From: an uncultured Acidobacteriota bacterium
Lineage (GTDB): Bacteria > Acidobacteriota > Vicinamibacteria > Vicinamibacterales > CAVVIG01
NCBI GenBank assembly: GCA_963840225.1
Contig: CAWIYH010000002.1
Location: forward strand, 839,934 to 903,933
DNA length: 64,000 bases
Direction of reading: 5' to 3'
The notes under the pieces were generated by a model. That model ran no database searches. It worked only from the letters and a program-made list of their open reading frames with translations, and was not told the origin of the DNA. The translations under genes and the position numbers were made by a program. Positions 33,076 to 42,041 of the stretch are shown here, piece by piece (within the stretch, counting starts at the first letter, position 1; every line of letters begins with the position of its first letter).

Positions 33076-33767
33076 GCCGCCCTCTCGGTCCCGGCGTTCG
33101 GCAGCGGCTCGGCGAGGTACAACGCCCGCGTGTTTCGGGTGGCCGAGACGAGGAAAACCACGCAGAGGCCCGCGGCGCCGATGGCCCCGCCGGCGTCGAG
33201 GAGTGGCACGGCGCCGAGACCGGGCAGCGTTGCGAAGGGATTGGACGCGACCCGGACGGCCGCGACGGCCAGCAGAATCCGGAGCTCGGTCGGCCCGAAG
33301 CCGCCGAACGACAGACGGAAGACTCCGGCGGAGTGCGTCGCGAGGTACGACTCGGCCGCCACGAGCACGTAGGCGACGAGCGCCGCGGAGGCGATCAGGG
33401 GATGCATGACTCCTGAGGCGCCCATTCCGGCGATAAGTGCCGTGACCCCGACCAGGTCCACGACGTGGTCGACATAGAAGCCGTATCTGGGCCGCTCGTG
33501 TCCGCGGACGCGGGCGACGGTGCCGTCGAGGCTGTCGCCGAACCAGTTGACGGCGAGCGCGCCGACGACCGCCGCCGCGCTCCACGGGCCGTCGGCGATT
33601 CGCGCGAACGCCGCGCCGGCGGCGAGCATCGCGGCGAAGGCCAGGAGGGTCAGTTGGTCGGACGTGACCCAGGCTGGCAGTCGCCGGGCCATGGCGCCGA
33701 GCAGGCGCGTTTCGGCCGGGGCCAGGACGCTTCCAAGTTCGCGCCGGTGGATTCCATGTGTCGTCAT
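33072..33767 (-). CDS. CDP-alcohol phosphatidyltransferase family protein
   Basis: 231 aa, multi-TM, GGGAGG Shine-Dalgarno. Signature D-G-x2-A-R-x8-G-x3-D-x3-D is present as DSLDGTVARVRGHERPRYGFYVDHVVD. Confidence 0.85.
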   Translation of the reverse strand: MTTHGIHRRELGSVLAPAETRLLGAMARRLPAWVTSDQLTLLAFAAMLAAGAAFARIADGPWSAAAVVGALAVNWFGDSLDGTVARVRGHERPRYGFYVDHVVDLVGVTALIAGMGASGVMHPLIASAALVAYVLVAAESYLATHSAGVFRLSFGGFGPTELRILLAVAAVRVASNPFATLPGLGAVPLLDAGGAIGAAGLCVVFLVSATRNTRALYLAEPLPNAGTERAA

Positions 33768-33918
33768 CGGGGCCTCCCGGTTTCACGAGATCCTCTGTCG
33801 ATCGGGAATGCGAGAACCGTGTCCGGCCCGGCTCACCGCGGCGATCGATCCACGGGCACCGGCCCCTGCGCAGCCCGGCTCCAATTAGCAGGACCACCGG
33901 AGGGCCGGACGGACTAGG

Positions 33919-35175
33919 ATGGCGCACGTGGACAACGCGCAGGGGCTGTTCGGCTGGTGGCGGTCGGCGGACGACCGCGCGCGTCGGGCGTTCGTGGCGG
34001 CATCCCTGGGCTGGATGCTCGATTCGTTCGACGTGATGCTCTATGCGATGGTGGTGGCGGCGCTCGTCGAGGACCCCCTGCTCCACCTCTCGCTGCCTGA
34101 GGCCGGCGTGCTCAATTCGGTCACGCTCCTGGCGTCGGCTGCCGGCGGCATCGTGTTCGGCGTCGTGGCCGATCGGCTGGGACGCAAGCGGGCCCTGATG
34201 ACGAGCATCCTGCTGTACTCGGTCTTCACGGCGCTCTGCGGCGCCGCGCAATCGGCCGTGCAGCTCGGGGTGTTCCGCGTCTTTCTCGGTCTCGGCATGG
34301 GGGGCGAGTGGGCGAGCGGGGCCGCGCTCGTGTCCGAGTCGTTCGGGACCGAGCACCGGGGGAAGGCGCTCGGCTTCGTGCAGAGCGCCTGGGCGATTGG
34401 ATACGGCGCGGCCGCGCTCGTGTACCTGCTCGTGGCTCCCCGCTGGGGCTGGCGCGGCGTGTTCTTCGTCGGCGTCGCGCCGGCGCTGTTCACCGTCTGG
34501 ATCCAGCAGCGTGTCGAGGAGCCGGCTATCTGGCGCGAGCAGAACCGCGTTCCGGCCTCCGGCGGCAGCCGCCTCGGCGAAGTGTTCCGCCACGGGCGCG
34601 GCGGCGTGACCGTGGCCGTCACCCTGATGAACGCGTGCACGATGTTCGGGTGGTGGGGGCTCAACTCGTGGATCCCCGCCTACCTGCGGCTCGATCCGGC
34701 GCGCGGCGGCGTCGGCCTCTCCGCGGCCACCATGTCGCTCTTCGTGATCGCCATGCAGGTGGGGATGTGGTTCGGATACGTCACGTTCGGGTTCATCGCG
34801 GACGCGATCGGACGCCGGCAGTCGTATGTGATCTACGTGCTCGCCGCGAGCGTGCTGCTGCCGGTCTACGGGGTCATTCGCGTGCCCTGGATGCTGCTCC
34901 TGCTCGGTCCCTTCGTGGCGTTCTTCGGCACCGGGTACTTCAGCGGCTTCGGGGCCCTTACGGCGGAGCTGTACCCGACGGCAATCCGCGCCACGGCACA
35001 GGGCTTCACCTACAACATCGGACGGGTCGCGAGCGCCGTGGCGCCGTATGCGGTCGCCTCGCTCGCCGAGACGCGCGGGTTCGGCCTCGCCTTCGGCCTC
35101 ACCGGCGCCGCCTTCCTGCTCGCAGCCGTGGCCTGGATCTGGATTCCCGAAACTCGCGGCACCGAGCTTCGCTGA
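33919..35175 (+). CDS. MFS transporter
   Basis: 418 aa, about 12 TM helices. MFS motif A-like GVVADRLGRKRAL and a second-half repeat FIADAIGRRQS. Confidence 0.85.
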   Translation: MAHVDNAQGLFGWWRSADDRARRAFVAASLGWMLDSFDVMLYAMVVAALVEDPLLHLSLPEAGVLNSVTLLASAAGGIVFGVVADRLGRKRALMTSILLYSVFTALCGAAQSAVQLGVFRVFLGLGMGGEWASGAALVSESFGTEHRGKALGFVQSAWAIGYGAAALVYLLVAPRWGWRGVFFVGVAPALFTVWIQQRVEEPAIWREQNRVPASGGSRLGEVFRHGRGGVTVAVTLMNACTMFGWWGLNSWIPAYLRLDPARGGVGLSAATMSLFVIAMQVGMWFGYVTFGFIADAIGRRQSYVIYVLAASVLLPVYGVIRVPWMLLLLGPFVAFFGTGYFSGFGALTAELYPTAIRATAQGFTYNIGRVASAVAPYAVASLAETRGFGLAFGLTGAAFLLAAVAWIWIPETRGTELR

Positions 35176-35234
35176 CGAAGGTATACTTTCGCGCGCGCCG
35201 GACGGCTTGTTCGGTGCCTCACGAGGACCGGATC

Positions 35235-36572
35235 ATGAGACTGCTGAATGCCGATCGCAGACTGACTGGAAGCGCCGCCCTCAGGCGCGCCGCACGGCTG
35301 GCGGCGCTGCTCTCGCTCGTATCCGCCCTTCCATTCGCGTCGCTCGCGTCGGCGCAGGGCCGGCAGACCGAGCAGGACGAGTACACGAAGTACGAGCTCC
35401 TGGCGCCCGACAGCGCCTCGTTCGCGATCGACTACGAGGTGACGGCGACGACACCGGGGGCGACGTACTTCTTCAACCCGATTCGAAAGGGCAGTGTCGC
35501 CAGCAACGAGTCGGTCTACGACATGATGACCGGGGCGCCGCTGAAGTTCGAACAGGTCAGCGGCCCCGACGCCAAGGCGAGCGGACTGGGCAACGCCGAC
35601 CTCGAGATGGACTACCTCCGGATCCACCTCGCCCGCCCGGTGCCGCCCGACGGAGGGCAGGCGCGGATCCGCATCATCAAGACCTACAAGGACCCGAAGA
35701 GCTATTACCGGGAGGGCGACGCCATCGTGTTCAACCGTCCCCTCGGCATCCGTCGCAACAGCGTCGTCCTCCCGGCCGGCTATCGGTTGACCGACTGCAA
35801 CGTGCCGTCGCAAGTGCTCTCCGAGTCCGACGGCCGTGTGAAGATCAGCTTCATGCACCAGGATCCGGGCCCGGCCGCGCTCATCGTCAAGGCGAAGCCC
35901 GGCGCGCTCACGGGGGCCGCGGCGGCGCCGCGCCCGCTGACGACCGCCCGAAGCTGGGAAGCCCCGCCGTCGCAGGGTCCGACCGAGCGCGCGCGGCTCT
36001 CAGAGCGCGCGCATCAGGACCGCGACATCGTGTACTTCCTGCAGGAGCCGTCCACGCACGCCTTCAGCCTGTATCACGACTACACCGAGTCGCGGGAGGG
36101 CGTGGACAACTACGTGAACGTCGTCCGGACCGGCAGCACGGTGTCAAAGCCGTCGGCGAAGATCCTCGATACTGGCGAAGCGCTCAAGGACGAGATCATG
36201 ACGGGCGCCCAGTTGAAGGCCTCGAAGATCGACACGCATGGCGAGGAGGTGCCCGACACGGCCCAGGTGGTCGTCGTCCGTTTTGCCCCCGTCAAGAAAG
36301 GACAGTCGGTCCGGCTGCGCATCTCGGAAACCTACACCGCGCCGCAAAGCTATCGCCTCGAAGGCGACGAACTCGTCTTCGACCGCAGCTTCGGCCGCCC
36401 ACGCAACTCGGTCGTGCTGCCGCGCGGCTGGTACCTCACGTGGCTGTCGATTCCCGCCGTGATTCGCCAGACGTCCGACGGGTTGACCCGCGTCGACTTC
36501 GTCAACGGACGCCCTGATGCGATCGATGTCCTGATCAAGGCCAAGAAGGCGCCGGCCGCGGCCTCGATGTAG
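35235..36572 (+). CDS. secreted protein with internal ~190-aa duplication, unknown function
   Basis: ATG at 35235; 445 aa, signal peptide (ALLSLVSALPFASLASAQG). The two halves align, for example IRIIKTYKDPKSYYREGDAIVFNRPLGIRRNSVVLPAGY versus LRISETYTAPQSYRLEGDELVFDRSFGRPRNSVVLPRGW. No family recognised. Confidence 0.6.
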   Translation: MRLLNADRRLTGSAALRRAARLAALLSLVSALPFASLASAQGRQTEQDEYTKYELLAPDSASFAIDYEVTATTPGATYFFNPIRKGSVASNESVYDMMTGAPLKFEQVSGPDAKASGLGNADLEMDYLRIHLARPVPPDGGQARIRIIKTYKDPKSYYREGDAIVFNRPLGIRRNSVVLPAGYRLTDCNVPSQVLSESDGRVKISFMHQDPGPAALIVKAKPGALTGAAAAPRPLTTARSWEAPPSQGPTERARLSERAHQDRDIVYFLQEPSTHAFSLYHDYTESREGVDNYVNVVRTGSTVSKPSAKILDTGEALKDEIMTGAQLKASKIDTHGEEVPDTAQVVVVRFAPVKKGQSVRLRISETYTAPQSYRLEGDELVFDRSFGRPRNSVVLPRGWYLTWLSIPAVIRQTSDGLTRVDFVNGRPDAIDVLIKAKKAPAAASM

Positions 36573-36577
36573 ACGAG

Positions 36578-37156
36578 ATGCGGCCGGCGGGAACGGTGTT
36601 TCAGACCCTGGCGTTCGTCGTCTCGGCCCTCGTCACGCTCGCAGGGTCTGCGTCGGGCGCGCCGCCGGCGCCAGACGCGTCGACCGTTCGTGTCGAGGTC
36701 GAGTTCCTCGCCGACGGACGCTGCGCCGTCAGCGGCGTCGGCGAGGGATTTCACGCCAGCATGACCTACCTGCCCTCGCCGGCGGTCCGGCCGGCGGCGG
36801 AACTGCGCTGCACCGTTCCGTCGGCGCCCAGGGGACGGCCGGTCGCGCTCAGGGTGGTCCTGCCGCCGGGCGTCCAGCCCTTCGGCGACGACTTCCCGCG
36901 CCTGTCGTGGTCGCAGCAGGACGGGCGCTGGGTCGGCGCGGCGCTGCTGCCGGCCTCGCCCGCCTTCGTCAGCGTGCCGCAGCCGGGAGCCGCGCCGCCG
37001 GCGCGGTGGGTCGACGGCTTCGCGCCGCCCACACCAGGGTCGCCGCTCGGTCTGAACTTCTACGGCTGGTTTGCGTTCGCCGCGGGATTCATCGCGGCCT
37101 ACTTCACATGGGCTCGGGCCATGGCGGCCCGCGATCGCAGGCGCGCGGGACGGTGA
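36578..37156 (+). CDS. signal-peptide protein with C-terminal TM anchor, unknown function
   Basis: 192 aa; starts 5 nt after the upstream stop. N-terminal signal sequence, Pro/Ala-rich body, C-terminal helix LNFYGWFAFAAGFIAAYFTWA followed by basic residues. The stop overlaps the symporter start (GTGA). Confidence 0.5.
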   Translation: MRPAGTVFQTLAFVVSALVTLAGSASGAPPAPDASTVRVEVEFLADGRCAVSGVGEGFHASMTYLPSPAVRPAAELRCTVPSAPRGRPVALRVVLPPGVQPFGDDFPRLSWSQQDGRWVGAALLPASPAFVSVPQPGAAPPARWVDGFAPPTPGSPLGLNFYGWFAFAAGFIAAYFTWARAMAARDRRRAGR

Positions 37157-38544
37157 GCGTCTTTGCGACCGTCCTCGTCGCCTATTTCTGCGGCATCGTC
37201 ACGCTGGGCTGGCTTGGATACCGGCGCACGCGCACGGCCGCGGACTTTATCGTCGCCGGTCGCACGCTCGGCGCCCTGGTCGGCGGCGCGACTCTCGTCG
37301 CGACCCAGATCAGCGCCGGCACGTTCGTCGGGACCGTGGGCCTCCACTACATGGCCGGCGTCTGCTTCGCCTGGGTGTGGCCCGGTGCATGGCTCGGCTG
37401 GATCGTGTCGGCCGTGTTCGTGGCGCCGAAGCTGCGTGAGTCGGGGGCCCTGACCGTGCCCGATTTCTTCGGCCGCCGCTACGGACCCGCGGCGCGCACG
37501 GTATCTGCCGCCCTCATTGTCGTCGCGTACACGATCTTCCTGGTCGCCCAGTACAAAGCGAGCGGCATCATTGTCGAGGCGGTGCTCGGATGGCCCCAAT
37601 GGACCGGCATCGCGCTCGTCCTGGCCAGCACGGCCGTCTATTCGCTGCTCGGCGGCCTGCACGGCGGCGCGCGGATCGATCTGCTGCAGAGCCTCGTGAT
37701 GGTGGCCGGCGTCGTCGTCGCCGTCCCGGCGCTGCTCGATCATCTCGGCGGACTTGACGGGCTGGCGCGCCAGCTCGCCATTGTCGACCCGCGGTTGATC
37801 GGCTGGTTCTACGGCTGGCGGGAGCTGCTGGCGTTCGGGGCGTCGTTCGGGCTGTCGCTCGCCGCAACCCCCCTCGAGATTACGCGCTTCATCGCCATGC
37901 GCGACGTCGCGACGACGCGGTACGCGGTCGGGGTGGCGCTGGTCTTCCAGGCGATCATCGGCGCCGCCATCATGATGATCGGCCTGTCGATGCGCGCCCT
38001 GTTTCCGGATCTCGCGACCGGCGATCTCGCGAGCTCGGTGATGGCCGCGCACGTCCTCACGCCGGCCACCGGAGCGCTGCTCATCGCGGCCGCCTTCTCG
38101 GCCATCATGAGCACCGTGAACGCGTTGCTGCTCGTGGCCTCGGCCAGTGTCGTGCACGATGTCTGGGCGCCGGTTTCGCGCTACCTGACGACCGATCGGC
38201 GTCAGCTCCTGGCCAACCGGGCCACGATCGTCGTCCTGGCGCTCGTGCCCGTGTGGTTCGCCATGCACGAGGTGCCGCTCGTCCAGTTCATCGTGCTGTT
38301 CCAGGCGAAGCTCGTGGCGAGCTTCTTCTTCGCGCCGGTCGTCATCGGGCTGAACTGGCGGCGCGCCACCTCGAGCGGGGCGCTCGCCGCGATGCTGGTC
38401 GGGCTTGTCGTCTGCCTTGCGTGGACGCTCCCCGGGCACCCGCCGCTCGGGCTGGACGCGATCTTCCCCGGAGTGGCAGCCAGCATCGTCGCGTTCGTGG
38501 CGGTGAGCTGGTGGACGGTCGGCGTCCGCGCCGTCGCGGGTTGA
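37153..38544 (+). CDS. sodium:solute symporter (SSS) family transporter
   Basis: GTG at 37153; 463 aa, about 13 TM helices. DFIVAGRTLGALVGGATLVATQISAGTFVG and TVPDFFGRRYG are typical SSS N-terminal motifs. Confidence 0.85.
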   Translation: MSVFATVLVAYFCGIVTLGWLGYRRTRTAADFIVAGRTLGALVGGATLVATQISAGTFVGTVGLHYMAGVCFAWVWPGAWLGWIVSAVFVAPKLRESGALTVPDFFGRRYGPAARTVSAALIVVAYTIFLVAQYKASGIIVEAVLGWPQWTGIALVLASTAVYSLLGGLHGGARIDLLQSLVMVAGVVVAVPALLDHLGGLDGLARQLAIVDPRLIGWFYGWRELLAFGASFGLSLAATPLEITRFIAMRDVATTRYAVGVALVFQAIIGAAIMMIGLSMRALFPDLATGDLASSVMAAHVLTPATGALLIAAAFSAIMSTVNALLLVASASVVHDVWAPVSRYLTTDRRQLLANRATIVVLALVPVWFAMHEVPLVQFIVLFQAKLVASFFFAPVVIGLNWRRATSSGALAAMLVGLVVCLAWTLPGHPPLGLDAIFPGVAASIVAFVAVSWWTVGVRAVAG

Positions 38545-38653
38545 GCGCTACAATCTGGCTGCCCGCACGAGCGGACGGCCGGGCGCCGCGCACCTCCGAC
38601 GCGCGCCGACCTTTTCGAGGTCAGCCAGTCGCGACCTAGGACGGACGAGGACC

Positions 38654-40441
38654 ATGTTCAACGACTCCGCTCTCGAATCCGCGGTTCTGCGCGCCATCTC
38701 CACCGACGAGCCGGCGAAGTTGCTGGAGCGCTTCGCGACCCTGACGCGCGAGTCGGGAACACCCGACGAGCACGCCGCCGGCGAGTACATCGCCGAGCGG
38801 CTGCGCGCGTTGGGCATCCCGGTCACGGTGCATCGTCCCGATCTGTTTCTGAGCATTCCCGAACGATCCGAGGTGGTCGTCAACGGCGAGCCGATGCGGT
38901 CGCGGCCGCCGGCCTTCGCCGTGTCGACCGACGGGGCCGAGCTCAGCGGCGACATCTGCTACGTGCCGTCGAAGTACGCCGGCGGGACCGGCGATCTGTT
39001 CGACACGCCGTCGGCCGCCTCCGCCCAGCTTGCGTCCGACCCCGTCGCGGGACGAATCGTGGTGACCGAGGGCTATTCGATGCCGGGCACGGTCCTCGCG
39101 TTCGAGCGTCGCGGCGCCATCGCGCAGATCTTCATCCAGCCGGGGACGGACATCCACGAGGGCATCTGCACCTCGATCTGGGGCGCGCCGACGCCCGACT
39201 CGCTGCCGCGGAAGCCGCATACGCCGGTGGTCTCTGTGAACCAGGCGGACGGTCAGCGGCTCATCGCGCTGGCGGCCAGGAGCGGCGCCCGCGCGACGCT
39301 GCGCACCTGGCTGCGGGAAGGCTGGGCGCCGTGCCTGCTGCCGGTGGCCGAGATCCGCGGCACGGAGGACCCGGACGAGTTCCTGCTCGTTCATGGCCAC
39401 TACGATTCCTGGTACGTCGGCATCGGCGACAACGCGACCGGCGACGCGACGCTCCTCGAGCTCGCGCGCGTGCTCCACGGCGTGCGCGATCGCCTGAAGC
39501 GGAGCGTGCGCATCGCATGGTGGCCGGGCCACTCGACCGGCCGGTACGCGGGGTCGACCTGGTATGCCGACACCTTCGCCGACGATCTCGACGAGTGGTG
39601 CATCGGCCACCTCAACATCGACTCGCCCGGCTGCCGCGATGCCACCGCCTACGAGGAAGTGATGTGGATGGCCGAGGCGGCGGCGTTCTGCACGGATGCC
39701 ATCGCGGCCGCCGTCGGCGAGCGCGCGAAGGGGATGCGGCCGCTCCGCGCCGGCGACTACTCGTTCAACCAGATCGGGCCGACCGCCTTCTACATGCTGC
39801 TGTCGAACATCCCGCTCGACGAGCGGAAGCGCCGCGGCTACTACGCCGTGGGCGGCAACGGCGGCAGTCCGACCTGGCACACCCCGAACGACCTCCCGGC
39901 GGTGGCCGACCTCGGCATCATGCGCCGCGATCTCCAGGTGTACCTGACGACGATCGTGCGGATCCTGAACGCGCCGCTCTATCCCTACGACTACGGCGCG
40001 GCCATCGAGGAGATCTCGGGGGCGGTGGCCGCCTACCAGACCCGAGCCGCCGGCGCGGTCGATCTGGCGCCCCTGGTGTCCGATCTGGCCCGGCTGAGGG
40101 ACGCGTTCTCGGCCTGGCGCCTGGACGCCGAACAGTTCGCCGGCGGCGGACGCGAGGCGCGGCGCGCCGTCAACGAGACCCTGCGGCGGCTCGCCCGGAT
40201 CCTTGTGCCGATCAACTACGCTCGTGGCGAGCGGTTCGACCACGACCCCGCCGTGAAGCTGCCGGTGGTGCCGCGGCTCGAAGCCGCCAATCGCGTCGCG
40301 TCGGCTCCGCCGGCCGAGCGGCCGTTCATCCAAACGGCCCTCGTGCGCGAGCGGAACAAGATCCGGGCGATGCTGCGGGAGGCGTCGCGCCTCCTCGCAG
40401 CTTCGGTCGTCGAGCCCGCCGGGCGTTCTACTGGACGGTGA
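38654..40441 (+). CDS. M28-family metallopeptidase with PA domain
   Basis: 595 aa. Zinc-ligand regions LLVHGHYDSW, GIGDNATGDATLLE, IAWWPGHSTGRYAGS and TWHTPNDL. Confidence 0.8.
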   Translation: MFNDSALESAVLRAISTDEPAKLLERFATLTRESGTPDEHAAGEYIAERLRALGIPVTVHRPDLFLSIPERSEVVVNGEPMRSRPPAFAVSTDGAELSGDICYVPSKYAGGTGDLFDTPSAASAQLASDPVAGRIVVTEGYSMPGTVLAFERRGAIAQIFIQPGTDIHEGICTSIWGAPTPDSLPRKPHTPVVSVNQADGQRLIALAARSGARATLRTWLREGWAPCLLPVAEIRGTEDPDEFLLVHGHYDSWYVGIGDNATGDATLLELARVLHGVRDRLKRSVRIAWWPGHSTGRYAGSTWYADTFADDLDEWCIGHLNIDSPGCRDATAYEEVMWMAEAAAFCTDAIAAAVGERAKGMRPLRAGDYSFNQIGPTAFYMLLSNIPLDERKRRGYYAVGGNGGSPTWHTPNDLPAVADLGIMRRDLQVYLTTIVRILNAPLYPYDYGAAIEEISGAVAAYQTRAAGAVDLAPLVSDLARLRDAFSAWRLDAEQFAGGGREARRAVNETLRRLARILVPINYARGERFDHDPAVKLPVVPRLEAANRVASAPPAERPFIQTALVRERNKIRAMLREASRLLAASVVEPAGRSTGR

Positions 40442-40817
40442 TGGTGCCGACCATGCCGGGGTGGATGGTGCAGTGATACGTGAACGTGCCGGCGGTGCTC
40501 ATCGTGGCCGGCGTGCTGGTCGCGCCGGCGTTGAGGTTGCCGGTGTTGAACGAGCCGCCGTCCTGCGTGGCGGTGTGCGTGATGCTGTCGTTGTTGTGCC
40601 AGGCGATCGTCTGTCCGACACGCATCGTGACCGGGCTTGGCGAGTACGACTGGTTGCCGCGGTCGCCCTGGATGCCGACGGTGACGTCGGCGGTCGATGT
40701 GCCGCCCGACGGCCCGGCAGGATTGGCGTTGGATCCGGAACTGCCGCACGCGGACGCCGACATGGCGGCGGCGGCCGCGAGCAGCACGATTGACATTCGA
40801 ACACGACTGAACAACAT
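40428..40817 (-). CDS. cupredoxin (plastocyanin/azurin-like) lipoprotein
   Basis: 129 aa with a lipobox-like AMSASAC. Type-1 copper ligands: H in SITHTAT and C/H/M in YHCTIHPGMVG. Confidence 0.8.
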   Translation of the reverse strand: MLFSRVRMSIVLLAAAAAMSASACGSSGSNANPAGPSGGTSTADVTVGIQGDRGNQSYSPSPVTMRVGQTIAWHNNDSITHTATQDGGSFNTGNLNAGATSTPATMSTAGTFTYHCTIHPGMVGTITVQ

Positions 40818-40982
40818 GAACGATCCCTCCGTTAAGACTTGCTGCGTCGCGTGAGGGCAAGGGCCGTGCCGCCGGAAACCGCGGGAATCCCGCGGCAGTT
40901 CGGCGCCGCTGCCGAGGCTTTACGGCGCGCGGCGTAAACCGTTACGGGTTGGGAAAGTCGTCGATTCAGCAGAGGAGCGGCT

Positions 40983-42032
40983 ATGCGGCCATGGCGAGTG
41001 ACGGCGGGAGTGGCGGCGGCGGCACTGGGAGCGGCGGCGGTCGCGGCCTCGCAGCGCGGGGCCGGCGCAGTGAAGACGCTCGAGCCGACGCCCGAGACGG
41101 TGGCGTACGGCTACTACGACGCCGCCGCGCCGCCGGTGATGCGCGTCCACTCGGGCGACACGCTGCGCGTGCACACCCTCATCACGTCGACGCCCCAGCG
41201 GCTGGAAGGCGCCGGCGTGGCGAGCGATCAGGTGGAGCCCGCGCTGCGAGAGATCGTCGAGAAGGTGACGAACAAGGGCCCGGGCGGCCACATCCTCACC
41301 GGGCCGATCTACGTCGAAGGCGCAGAGCCCGGCGACGTCCTCGAAGTGCGCGTCACGGCGATCGAGCTCGCGATTCCGTACGCCTACAACGCGTTCAGCA
41401 CGCGCAGTGGCTTCCTGCCGCACGACTTCACGGAAGGCCACATGAAGATCGTGCCGCTCGATGCCAGGCGGATGGTCGCGCGCTTTGCCGACGGGATCGA
41501 GATCCCGCTGCATCCCTTCTTCGGCAGCATGGGCGTGGCGCCGCCGCCCTCGTCCGGACGCGTCAGCAGCGCGCCGCCGGGCAAGCACGCGGGCAATCTC
41601 GACAACAAGGACCTCATCGTCGGGTCGACGCTGTACATCCCGGTCAACGTGCCGGGCGCGCTCTTCGAGGTCGGCGACGGGCACGCGGCGCAGGGTGACG
41701 GCGAAGTGGACATCACCGCGCTCGAGACCTCCCTGATCGGAACGTTCCAGCTCGTCGTCCGGAAGGACCTGCACCTGACCTGGCCGCGCGCCGAGACGCC
41801 CACCGACTACATCACGATGGGGATCGACGCCGACCTGACCGAGGCGACGCGCATCGCAACCCGCGAGATGATCGATTTCCTCGCGACGACGAAGCACCTG
41901 TCGCGCGAGGACGCGTACATGCTGACCAGCGTCGCCGGCGATCTCGCGATTACCCAGCTCGTGGACGGACCGATGGGCGTTCACGTCCGGATGCCGAAAG
42001 CCATCTTCTCGGGTTCGACGGCTCCCCGGTAG
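40983..42032 (+). CDS. acetamidase/formamidase family protein
   Basis: 349 aa with an N-terminal signal-like segment. GPIYVEGAEPGDVLEV, HAGNLDNKDL and FEVGDGHAAQGDGEVD are family-typical. Confidence 0.8.
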   Translation: MRPWRVTAGVAAAALGAAAVAASQRGAGAVKTLEPTPETVAYGYYDAAAPPVMRVHSGDTLRVHTLITSTPQRLEGAGVASDQVEPALREIVEKVTNKGPGGHILTGPIYVEGAEPGDVLEVRVTAIELAIPYAYNAFSTRSGFLPHDFTEGHMKIVPLDARRMVARFADGIEIPLHPFFGSMGVAPPPSSGRVSSAPPGKHAGNLDNKDLIVGSTLYIPVNVPGALFEVGDGHAAQGDGEVDITALETSLIGTFQLVVRKDLHLTWPRAETPTDYITMGIDADLTEATRIATREMIDFLATTKHLSREDAYMLTSVAGDLAITQLVDGPMGVHVRMPKAIFSGSTAPR

Positions 42033-42041
42033 GCGCGGGGT

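Noticed and set aside
40879-40940. Palindromes CCGCGGG-AAT-CCCGCGG (40879-40895) and TTTACG-N8-CGTAAA in the cupredoxin/formamidase divergent region.
   Set aside because: They are short, I noticed no second copy elsewhere in the window, and no regulator gene is adjacent. Evidence is insufficient to call an operator.
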